The notes under the pieces: generated by a model
The model's database searches: none
The model's input: the letters and a program-made list of their open reading frames with translations, nothing else
What the model was told of the DNA's origin: nothing
Shown here: positions 12,405 to 23,722 of the stretch, in pieces
Position numbering within the stretch: position 1 is the stretch's first letter
Layout of the letters: each line of letters begins with the position of its first letter
Source: Trypethelium eluteriae
Taxonomy: Eukaryota
Assembly (NCBI GenBank): GCA_051942245.1
Contig: JAVECL010000178.1
Coordinates: 1 to 39,540 of the forward strand
Direction of reading: 5' to 3'
DNA: 39,540 nucleotides
Position numbers and translations under genes: made by a program

Positions 12405-13298
12405 ATGCCGAAATCATGTTACAATTCATTAGGGCAACCGGCTGGTAATTATCCATGCGATCCTTCTGCGCCAGTGTCAGCGTGCTGCGGTGTTGGCACA
12501 GGAGTCTGTGTCGATAATTTACACTGTATCTCGAACACAGGAGGCTACGTACCTGGGACATGTACATTTGAGAATTGGGGTGTATACCACGACCCTAGCT
12601 GTCCTTGTCCACCTGGTAACTTGTCTGCTTGAAACTCAGTCATCACTTGTGCTGACACTGATAACATAGTTTACCAAGGAGACAATCCGCTTGACTATCG
12701 GGATGGAGTCACATTCTGTCCTGATGGTAGCTATTGCTGTGGCCCACAAAATCTCACCTGCTGTCAAAATCGTCAAGGTTATGGCCTCATTAACTATGGC
12801 AACACAGCGACCATGCCAGGTTCTTCCGGAAATTTATCTTCATATTACGATAATCTTCATATTTCGACCAGCCCTATCTCGCAACCCTCACCGTCAACCA
12901 GCGGCACACCGGTCTCATCGATAACCAAGCTTATTGGAACACCCTCCGATACCGCGCAAACCCAAGTCCCCTCATCTCAAAACCAAGGTGTCTCGTCCGG
13001 TGCAGCAGCGGGTATTGGTGTTGCCGTTACTCTTGCTGTTACCGCAATTATTGCCGGGGCGGTCTTTCTTTACCAAAGGCACGCTAGATGGGCGAAAGAG
13101 AACGAGACTGCGACACAGGAGCTATCATTCTTCCAACGCGATAAGAGAACTTATCTGAATCGCACTATGGGGGAGCTGGACAGTGCCCACATGAAACATG
13201 AGTTAGACAGCATGAGCTCCCGCCAAGAGCTTCAGGGCGTTGAATATTCTACACGACTACTCGCACCCATTTCGCCAAGAACAGTTGGTCAAAACTAA
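12405..13298 (+). CDS. Cys-rich ectodomain, Ser/Thr stalk, single-pass membrane protein (279 aa)
   Basis: Exons 12405-12615 and 12670-13298 (intron GTAAC..GCTGAC..TAG). CY..G..PC..CC..C..N..C..GTCT..W and FCPDGSYCCG..CC motifs; TM SSGAAAGIGVAVTLAVTAIIAGAVFLY. No clear signal peptide from this ATG. Confidence 0.85.
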
Positions 13299-13862
13299 GC
13301 CTACCTCTAGCTCCCGAGTCGTGTGGGAGTGCCCAGTGGATTACGGTGATTGATGGGTCTTACCGACTTGAGGCCTGGGGGAAGTCGGAGGTGGTCGGTA
13401 CTTTTATACCTACAGGATTGAGGGGCTCCCAGTAAATACTTTACGAGATTAGCTCACAGTACCGATGGAATCGGACAAAAAAGAGAGGGAAGCAATATTG
13501 AGAAAATACAAGACAAGAAAAAGGTGCATAAGGTATGGTAGTCATGCCTCTGCATCGTATCCGACCCCTCGATGGGGAGGGTCCCTTGGCAAGGAGGAAC
13601 TCTGCAAAAAAACTTGGCCTCCTCCTATGTCCTTGAGCTTTGACATATACTGAGCTCACTGTGTCTACAACAAATAGACCTCCTTGTGGATCCATATTGT
13701 ATTCCATAGCCTGAGAGGAAGAATTTGCTCAGTTCGTCATTTGCAATTCCAAAGCCTCTAGAACCGCGACCGTGACCGTGGATCTCTATTACTGTACCGG
13801 CAGCGCGGATTCAAGGGCTTACTGGCAACGCCGGTTATTGGAAAACAAACGGTGTACTGCAC

Positions 13863-14906
13863 TTAAACATCTGCCTCAGTTGGCGTGTCCCTGCCCATTC
13901 CAACTTGTGGACAGCCAGGTAGCTCCGGCAATCGAGACTTATTCGCGGGAGCCTCGTGCACCATATGGTTGTCCAGTTCCTCTGGCTGTCTGATGCCATG
14001 AGAATGGTACTGTTGCGGTCGCCTCAAGGCGGCATTGGAAGCAACTTGCAAGGCCTCCATGCGTCTCTGCCTCCTGTACGCTATGATTGTGGCTGACATT
14101 GCCCACAGTAGCAGCGGAATTCCGACGCCCAAACCAATGCCTGCAGCAGCTCCTGTGCTCACCTCACTCGGTCTCTGGATATTTGCGGCTTGTATCTCGC
14201 TTGTACCAGCCGTTGAGTCCGCTGTCGGACAAGATGCGTTTGAAGGCAGTGGAGGTGGCGACGATGACGGTGACGGTGTCGACGTCGGTGATGATGATGA
14301 CGTTGGTGGCGACGGCGATTGAAGAGCCTCATGGTCGACAAGAGCATATCCATCGGGAAAGACATCTGTGCCGTTTTGTACTCTTGGATTTCGACCCGCT
14401 CCAACTTCGAACGAAAATCCTTCCCCGTTGGCACAAGTTTCGTTCGCAATCGAGCCGTCACCATTGCCGCAGGCCCATTGAGTCGCATTGTCGAAGCAAT
14501 GCCAAATGTTTGGTGAACTATAGGACCATCCACCCGCAGGAACTGGTAATTTCGAACGTCAGCATGATGGATCTTATAAGGCTCCCTTTTCTATAGACTT
14601 GATGGAAGAACTTCTCGTACGTTTCTTGCATGACTGAAAGCATAAGCCTGAGTTCCATGTTGCGTCCTCACAGCTACCTGCCCAGTAACTCATATCCCAA
14701 GTCACCAGGCAGAGGCCGTTCGTTAAGCACACCTGTCCCTCGGCGCAGCAGTGCGCATCGGTATCGTTTGTACAGGGCGTGTGGTCGTTCGCTATTATCT
14801 GGCCACCAGGATAGTAGCAAGTTGAACTTGTTGGAATAATGATGCTGCTCAGAAGAATTGTGAAGCTGACTGTCAATTTACGGCACCAACGACCTGTGTA
14901 AGGCAT
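13863..14906 (-). CDS. Second Cys-rich ectodomain single-pass membrane protein (321 aa) with signal peptide
   Basis: Exons 14906-14621 and 14542-13863 join in frame. TCYYPGG..PC..HCCAEGQVCLTNGLC..GSCEDATW, S/P/T stalk, TM STGAAAGIGLGVGIPLLLWAMSATIIAY. Confidence 0.88.
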
Positions 14907-17879
14907 GATATCTCTGCGGAGATTTTCTTGTGATTGACATGTCTTCGCTATTTAGTCTTACGCTCCACAGCGGAATACAAGGCTGAAACATGGCATTCAG
15001 ACGCAGAATTGGCTCCCTATTCAGCTCCACTGTTAAGATGTGGCTTCGCACATTCATGTGGTCTTTACAAGCAAGCCACCGACGGTGGACGATCTCATTG
15101 ACCAGTGTAGCTTAGCATTGCTTACCTAGAGAAAGCTAAATCCTTTGCGTCTCGTATAGCTGAATAGGTAGCCAACAAGATGGAAGGTGGTGTCGTAGGA
15201 GGAAATAATCGCCTTTTAGCAGCCCCCAATTCTGCTGTCTCAGATACGCAGTTGCGCTGGAGCCGAGCACGCGGTTGACAAAAAAAACCCGCACACCGAA
15301 ACTGGAGGGTGCCTCCCCAGAAAAGCAGCCACACCTATAGACTACCTCTGTAGGGTACAAATTATGATTCGACATTTTCTTGAGTCTAAAAGGTGGTGAA
15401 TGTGTGATAGCAGACAAGCCTAATGTACATATGTGATCTTTTCTGTCTACTGCGTATGAAGCACCCCCCAGTTTTGGTGTGCTGGTTTTTCTGTCAGCCG
15501 CGTGCCAAGGTGGACCTTGCAGTTTGGACCCACCGTCTGAGATCTCAAGTATGTCGCTAATCAGTCTTAGCAATTGCCCCATTCGTCGGTTGAAACAAGA
15601 ACTCTAAGTTATGCTACGATCCAATTTCTTGTTCTGCGGGAGCTGCGGGATCTGGAGTTCACGTAGCGGGTGTAGTGGCTCTCAAAACCAAGCCCCACAA
15701 TAGTAGAGTATCGGAAATAGGTATCCAGGTTCCTCAGCCGCAGATATCATCGACCGAACCACGAGTCATGGACCTTGTTTTCTGGATTCTCAGAGACGGC
15801 TTGTGGGCTGCGACGCAATTATTGTACCGCTACCACTACTACCTTATTTTTCTACAGTGACAGACGGATTAATCAAGATAGCAGCGTGGTCTCTCTGGAC
15901 GATGAATCAAGAAAGCTTAGAGCCATTAGAGATGGTCAGTATGCTAGCCATTAAACATTTTGGAGCCTCCTCAGTATGTAGCGTCTATTTATAGGCCGTA
16001 AATCAAAACTCGATACGGTATTAGTAGAAGAATCCCTTTGTCCTTTTCTTAGCTTCATACAACCCAGGATGGCCCTAGTAAGATACTGAGTCTCAGTGTG
16101 CCGCCGCTGACGTTTCTGGTTGCATCTTCGGGCAGTCCAAGGTGACCTGATAGCTCTCGTCACACGTAAAACAATGAACATACATTGGCGCGAAAATGCG
16201 CTCTTGGAGTTGAAGAGGGTGTCCTCCCAAAACCCGCCCAAGATTTCTTCTGGTGGACTCGCAAAGACGCTGGGTCTATTGCTCTCTCTCAAAATGCTCA
16301 GGTTGCACACAATTGGAACACTATCACCAATAATATACCTAGGAACAGTCAACAGCCGTACCCTTTTGCGCACGGAATTCTCATTTGAGACGCTGTTTTC
16401 TTGGATGGCGAGGAATTGGGCACAGAGAATGAGTGGAAAGATCCAGGAGATTTCCTTTGGGTGAAGTTCGACGGCTTGCGATCAGACGTCTTTCATCCAT
16501 TCCCAGTCACCTACCTCACTTGTCGAATCTTGTCGAAGACCTACCTCTTGTTCCTGCATACTTCATCTGCTCCATATCATCCATCTGTTTCGACACGTCC
16601 GCCTCTTCTGTTTGCAAAGGAATAATTCATCATCACAATCTTTGTGTTTGTCTATCCAATCATGACGCTTCTGCCCCTTGTGGGATGTTGAAGGACTTGG
16701 ACACCAGCGATAACCAACGCCGAGGACACTGCAGATTCGTATGGCGATGGGAGAGCAGTGAGTATATCTTTTCCGAATGACAATATGTACCGTTGACCTG
16801 GACAAAGCCATTATTGGGGTTGTTATTTGGCTATGATAGAGTATGGACGGCTATTATCTTGAGATAGACATGTGCGAGGACGGAGGTAGTTGAGGACGGT
16901 TGTCATTCGGATGATATGGGTGATGCCGTTGTCGATAGGCCGCCTGCAGGCGGATGATTGGAATGTCGTCCGGCGTGTGTTTGTTCAAGTGGCTTCGAGC
17001 GCGTATGGATTGCGTTGACTGCAATGTGCCCTTCCAGGATTGAACACTGGAGGATGATGCATTCATGCAAGTGCAGGCCGCAGAACGCTACAACGACATT
17101 ATTCGCGTAAACAGGCGTTGGCTACTGGAAGGTGGATGACAATAGCTGATAGGAAAATTATCGTGAGAGTTGGACGAGGGCACCTTTGGATGGAGTGCAA
17201 AAAGGTCAATGAATGAGATGGCCGGGTGGACCGCGCACTCCGCCATCCGCAGCCAAGCCTTTCCGCATCCGCTACGACCATCTCTTACCGAATCGTTACA
17301 GTCTGGTGGGCTACTTGCTTCTTAGGGCTTACCTCTCTGGCTACACTCCTACTGCAGAGTAGGTTCTGCTGTAAGATCCAGAACCCAAGCTTCCTTATTG
17401 AACATTTGCTCCACAGGGGTCCCCATCTCCTAGACCGTGCATGTTGCCATGTCACTCTTTTCTTCGATGCATGATCGAGCTTCCCGATGACTTACTATAC
17501 GAGGAAGTGATGATGCAGGTAAGTGTGCTGTAGTAATAGATGGCCGCCATGGAATAAATGACCGACACCGTATTTCCCTTGCCGATGCGAAGAGCAAACA
17601 ACTTGAGCGAACTTGGTCCACCTCGGCGAAGTGACGAGGCTACACGGTCGGACCCATCAACTCGACATGTGCGGTGAAACATAGAGAATTCATCGAACGA
17701 CTTTGCAGACCGTCGTTACAATCACCAGCCGCATGATAACATTGGACCTGCATTGGCGGTATTCTATCCAATCATTTGATCAGCCCTGTTTCGCAGCGTC
17801 AAAAAGAAATGTGTCTACCATCGTCACATCTCGTACCTTCAATGGCATACTATGTCAGGCTCGAAGCGACATCCGCACG

Positions 17880-20183
17880 ATGGCCGAAGCAATTGGCATC
17901 ATTTCACTCTGCGTCGAGGGCATATCCATTACGAAGTCTCTTGTTAAATTGATTAATAGTCTTCAATCAGCGCCAAATGAGCTTTTAGCTCTTGCCAATG
18001 AAGTCAGTAATCTCAATTTTGTCCTGCAAGATATTAGAGATACTTTTCAATTTCGGAGTACGGTAAACTTGGACAAAGGTAACTCTATCCCGCGCTTCCT
18101 CATTCAAGCAAGCAGCAAGCTTGAGGAGGTTCGAGCAGTCCTCTCTCGGTGGACAAGATTGAGCCCCCATGGCGATTCCTGGCACATTGGTAGACGCGAG
18201 CGCTTCCTCTGGCTCAAAGATAGGGGACACGTCATTGAACTGCAAACAAGTCTCAGAGTCATCAGAGCGGATCTTTCCTTGGCCATGGAGGCAAACACGA
18301 AGTAAGTCATGCGCAGCTAATCACCGGTGGCAAACAATAGTATTGAATCGCGTCCTAGTGCCTCTACCAATAAGTTGATCGTCGACCTCCAAAACCTTGC
18401 ATCAGAAACCTCACGCACGCACGACATGATGTCGACTTTGATGGAAAAGCTTGACAGATACGAGACGCAGGATAAGATGGCACCTAACCGTGGATCGGAC
18501 GTTGCTGGGAAAGCTGGTGATCGTGAGGGAGGGCGGCCAGTCGCGCTGGAAGTGACTAGGCACGTCGCAGTCAAGAAATGCCCACCTGGATGTCCTTGTG
18601 TTTGCCACAATATACAGAGGTACAAGGTGCCAGCGATAATGGAAAATGTCACCGGTCAACTGTTCTACGGATACTCTGGCAAGCTGTTGTTGAGCCAAAG
18701 ATGCAGCTTTTCAGGATGCCTCGAACAGAAAGCCACCAGATCTCGTATGACATATTTTTTCCCCAGGTGGTTCATGAATAGGATTATATCTCTGAACCTA
18801 CAGGTCGACAATTTTGGCTCACCGTCTCTTAATCTGAAAACGAGGAGAGCAGTGCCTGAGATGAGCCAAATCTTTACGCTTAGCAGACTTGGTGATCTTG
18901 AAGGTCTACAACGACTATTTACAGCAAAGATCGCATCACCCATGGACATCCATTGCGAGGGAAAATGGAGTCCATTGCACTTTGCAACGGATCATGGTCA
19001 AGTCGAGGTTCGTGAGAACGGTGGTCGTATACATCAGATCACACTTTTCTAACACGCATTCGTCAAGGTTTGTCAATTACTTCTCAATGCTGGCGCCGAT
19101 CCCGAATGGGAAGATTACACAGGGACTACAGCGGTGGAGATCGCTTGGCGAAATATCCTACATCTCCGAGCCCCTACAGACAAAGCCGAAATGTTCTCTG
19201 TACTCTTTCCAGGTAGCGACTTCTTTGAGGGGCGCAACTTCACCCAGCTGCACCGTGTCTTGATCGGCCTTGAGGACAGTAGCCTCGACAAAACAATCGA
19301 GCTCAATCCTGAAAGTATCAACACTGGGGACGCCGATGGTTGGACAGCTCTTCACTGGGCAGCACGCCGGGGCGAATCTGCATTCGTGTCCATGCTTCTC
19401 CAGCATCGAGCCAATCCCTTCCTGAAAACAGCACGCGAAGAGCGAACCCCTCTCCATCTCGCTGCAATGCGCAACTCGGTGCCTTGTATTCAGCAACTGC
19501 TAGCCTACTGTTCTGGGAACCAGGCGGTCGACCTAAACGCCAGAGATTTTTACGGCAACACTGCGCTCCGATGCGCTGCCGAGAACAACTGCGCTGCCGC
19601 CCTTGCATATCTTATTCAAGCAGGTGCCGATCTCAATCTGACGAGCCGAAGCGACGAGCCTCCACTGTGGTCTGCCATTTACAACAACTCCCACGAGGCC
19701 ATTACGCAGCTGATCAACGCCGGCGCGGATGTTACCAAGAAGACAAGATATTCTGACACTCTCCTTCACTTTGCGGCAGGGCAGAGCGACATCAAAACAC
19801 TCGCGCTTCTCACACGAGCACGGCTTCGGGATGTTGAAATCGAAGCGAAGAACGCAGATGGCTTCACTGCTAAACAGCTAGCAGAAGCTAGAATTGGGGC
19901 ACCCCAGGGCTTTGTCGAAGGATTTGAACACCTTCTCAATAGCTTAGTCCATGAGAACCACGCCAGCCCTACGAGCTCAGACGGCAGCGGCGAGAGCTGG
20001 AAGAGCTTCAGCGAAGCGAGTTGGCATGAAGCGGAGATTTCTACTGGAGAAGATCTGCTGGATGCAATGAGGGAGGCACATGGACAGCGCAATGCAGGAG
20101 GTGTCTGGCAAGAAGGCGAGCGAATCTCGCTGGCGAAAGATGTCGAAGAAGTTGAGATTGAAGGGCCAAACTGGAGTTTGTAG
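17880..20183 (+). CDS. N-terminal HeLo-like helical domain + Cys-rich linker + ankyrin repeats (~728 aa)
   Basis: Exons 17880-18301, 18359 (or 18341)-19007, 19068-20183 in frame. MAEAIGIISL..APNELLALANEVSNL..RFLW typical of fungal NLR-associated N-termini. CPPGCPCVCH and CSFSGC; ankyrin repeats GWTALHWAA, RTPLHLAA, GNTALRCAA, DTLLHFAA. Confidence 0.88.
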
Positions 20184-20525
20184 AGGACTTGGAATATCTT
20201 AGGTAGCTACTCTACTCTGCATAAGGCGGGGGGTGTCAAACGAAAATTTTGGCCTTGTTCGATGTTCTCAAGCCTCCAGCACTCAGACCTTTTTGACTGG
20301 GCAGAGTTAGTCTCACCATGAAGGCGAAATACTCAAGTGCACAAATTGACCGTTTGATGCGGAGGATTGCCATTCTCTGATTTCATATGTTTCCCGTGTT
20401 AGTACTGAACTAGTGACAAATATCTACCTGCATTGAATTCTCATGCACGAGGCATCGCTGTCCCTAATATTGGTCCGTGTCGCCTCTCACGGTGGATGAA
20501 TTACTCCCATCCACCACTGTCACCG

Positions 20526-20735
20526 CAGTGATGTAAATATACTAAGTAATTACTACTTTACTTAGTAATAGTAACGTAGTAAGGCAATTTTTGTATTAGT
20601 AACACTAAATGGTAATAGTAATGATTTTTGAAATTTGATAGTAATAGTAAAAGTAAAAGTAAATAATGATACTATTTAGTAATTACTATTGGTAAATAGT
20701 AGTGAATTACTATTTTACTATTTCTTACAACACTG
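20526..20735. mobile_element. 210-bp AT-rich MITE, hAT-like
   Basis: Terminal inverted repeats CAGTGATGTAA / TTACAACACTG (10 of 11 match). 8-bp flanks TGTCACCG / ATTCACCA share TCACC (degenerate TSD). Interior is built of AGTAAT-like repeats. Confidence 0.7.
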
Positions 20736-21305
20736 ATTCACCATCGAGTCTCGATATTTTCCACCACGCCAATTAGCAAAGAGCATCACGATGAATTTCC
20801 ACTGGAGGTTCCCCAGTTAAATGATAACAAGGACAAGACCGACTAGGGGATGAAATTTTCTCTGCTAGTTTAGCGTGAGAGACTGAATCGCGAATACTTT
20901 TGCAGTGCTACTGTGGATCATGTCCGGCACGAAATCCTAGAAATACTGGTACGGAAGCCCTCATATGTGGGTTTCAGAATTGACAGATCAGCCTTTGCAC
21001 CACCCTCCTGGGCCTACTGCGCGCAGAAGGGAATAGTCGCAGTCAGAGCTTGAAGGCGAGTGGACATCGTCGCAATATCCAGCATGCTTCGTCCAGTCCC
21101 GCTTAGTGTATGTTTATTGTAGCTTCTGTGCGAGTGATTTGCTGTATCCAAACAATGTCACACAGCTGGCTTAATTTACTAAGATCGCCTCGTACGCATA
21201 CTCTATGATGTTGATAAGCAGAGGAAAAGAGTTGCTTAAAGGTTAAAATGTTTTAGGACGCATTTTGGAGTATTGATCAAATGCCTTGTTCTCTTGCAAG
21301 CTGAG

Positions 21306-22620
21306 CTAGGTTCCTGGTCCTGGGGAAACGATGACCTGAGCGTTACCGAAAAATACGACCAGAACAGCACAATACGCAGCAGCAGCTCCCAAGATCTCAT
21401 GCCGTTTGGCGCTGGTGAAGAAAGCCATTATCACTGAAAAGACCAGCGTGAATGCGAGAAAAGTGCCGATTGAGACCGCTGTAGTGTGAGAACCTTGCTG
21501 TATACCATTCGTTAAATGGTATAGCAAATAGATAGGCACAACAAGCAAGGCCACGATCGTCATTGTGATAATCAAGAGAACCAGACGTTCGATACGGCTT
21601 CGAGTATAGTAGATCGGGCTCTTGTCATCATCATCCGCCTTTCGTTGGGTCTCGTTAGAACGAAAGATATAGTCAATTACACGGCACCTGAATAACCTTA
21701 AGAAGTGTTCGATAGTGACATCTAGCCAAGCGTATTCCCTGCCACGACGAAGCGTGACTAGATCTTCCTTACAGTCAATTCTTGGTTCCTCACCTTCGCA
21801 CAGCGGGCGCGTGGATTGGATATAGTTCCGAACACTCTGATATTCTGATTCCGCGGGCCGCGACATGGAGCTCAATTCCTTGGCCGTACTGAGTAGCTTA
21901 CCTGATCAGGTCTCAGCATTAATTATCTTGCGAGTTTTCCTTGAGACCTTACCCCATTCGTCAAATTTTGTTTCCAAATCCTTCATTAGTCTAGCCCTGG
22001 GGCTTGAAAGATCACCCAAATCAACGCTTTGCAGGCAGCCTGGCCTCTCCAGTTCCTCGTCCTCATCCATTTCTATCATGGCTGCCTCCAGCTTCTGCAG
22101 ATCTGCTTGCTTGTGCAGTAGTAGTCTTGCTGCGGCATAACCAAACCTACGGTATACCATGAAATTCTCATCGCTATCCAGGAAAGCAGCCAACCGAGGG
22201 TATCCCACGGGACAATCCTGAACTTGAGGAGGTTAGCACTTCCCTGACTCCACAGCTCGAGTAAAATCATCTCTTAGAGGGAATCACTCTCCGACTCCGT
22301 ACCAGGTCAATACTAGTAACGTTGCGGCACGGGGCACGTACGCTTTCGAACAAATACTTCCGGCGCCCGCAGCTTTTGGCCATCATCTCCAGCCCTTGCC
22401 CTTTTCAATCTCCACGGGATCCGTCTGAGCAAGGCCGTTACACGATCGACTTGGATTGGAATTAGCCTGGAAGAAATATCGTATAATCAAGTATCTCACG
22501 TCGTGAAACATTTGGCTCGTCCTTGGGTCGAGACTCTGAGCCCGGCGTGGAGGGGTTTCGTAATGTGTCATCGTCTCCGCAAACCGCGGCTTTTGATTCA
22601 ATATCGACTGACCACTCCAT
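21306..22620 (-). CDS. DUF6594 family membrane protein (364 aa, three C-terminal TM segments)
   Basis: Exons 22620-22500, 22449-22342, 22222-21953, 21901-21306 sum to 1095 nt in frame. Signature LQDCPVGYPRLAAFLDSDENFMVYRRFGY..RLLL and C-terminal AKRHEILGAAAAYCAVLVVF. Confidence 0.88.
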
Positions 22621-22834
22621 TTTTCAAGAACAATGATAGAGTATCTACGCTTCTCCATACCTCGCTCCCCGAAAGTCTCACAATACAGAGCATCCATATC
22701 ATTCTATAAGCTGCTTTATAATCTCGCCCCAATTGCCAAGGAAGCCTTACAGCCTGTGGATTCTTATTGCAGCCTTGCAGCCTGAAGATGCCTATCGCAA
22801 CCGCCCAGCCTCGTTGCCTTGCAGCCTTGCGCCA

Positions 22835-23317
22835 TTACCCACTTGTCGCCGGTTGAAGCTTTCTCAGCTTTGTCTCAGGTATCCACTCAGGCTCATTCTT
22901 GCCTTCTTTCTTCACCGGTTTGTTATCGGTATCCTGAGCTTGGTACAGCCACCGCCCACTCGCATCTTGGCGAAAATTAATAATGGTTACATTCATCACA
23001 GGTCCATAGGGCCTTGCTGTGTATTGCGCTCTATCGGTCTTCTCAAGCGTTCGAGGATACTGGTTGCATTTGTTAGCTCAAAATCGAGACTAGAAGTTGT
23101 ATGAAAGTACTTACTGCGGCTGCTTTTCGAGATGGCACAAATGATCTTCCAGGTTTGAGGCTTGTGGCTGTCTAAAGATTGTTCAGCTGTCAAAGATTGA
23201 AATCCCCTCTAGGCGTTCCAATGTGCATACCTCGGCAGAGTGGTCCTCAATGAGATCCTTTGCCAAGTCTTGAGTTATCTGTAGATTTTCCGGAACCTCG
23301 ACAGTTGCCGAAGCCAT
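22835..23317 (-). CDS. Small 122-aa protein, C-terminal half suggests an SH3/Tudor-like beta-barrel; absent from the ORF track
   Basis: Exons 23317-23231, 23171-23115, 23059-22835, all phase 0 (GTATGC..TAG; GTAAGT..GCTAAC..CAG). Exon 3 reads YPRTLEKTDRAQYTARPYGPVMNVTIINFRQDASGRWLYQAQDTDNKPVKKEGKNEPEWIPETKLRKLQPATSG*. Fold is inference. Confidence 0.72.
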
Positions 23318-23722
23318 ATTCAGCACCTTGTCACAAACAACTTAGATTCCCTACGGTATGGACGAGTGAATTCTCTTCCGCGAATACATTTATATAGAAG
23401 TCAAACCTTACGAGGCCGGTAAGGCAGACTTCTGGGGCGACACCTTTGCAGTTAATAAGGCAGCAAGCGAATCAACCTCGCAAACTATTTTCATTCTATT
23501 GGATGCTGCGCCAGTGCGCCGCGACGTCTGACCTTTGCAAAGCTGAAAATCGGCCTTGGCTGTGCTAGGCTGCTAGCATTAAAAGCGTGTCACCGTACAA
23601 GGCAATGGATTCAGATAGGGCGGAGCAGATCTACGCTGCTTAACTCGCAGCCTCGCGCGATCTGCGAAGAACCGCAGGCCCCTTGATTCGTGGTATAACT
23701 AAGACCAATTACCCTTGAATCG

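Noticed and set aside
14159..14533. His/Arg-rich ORF (also 3003-3494)
   Set aside because: Alternative-frame or antisense reading of Ser/Pro/Thr and Asp/Glu tracts in real genes.
22383..22697. Apparent frameshift in the DUF6594 N-terminus (track ORF ending DPVEIEKGKGWR)
   Set aside because: A different frame from ATG 22620 with two phase-1 introns gives an intact gene.
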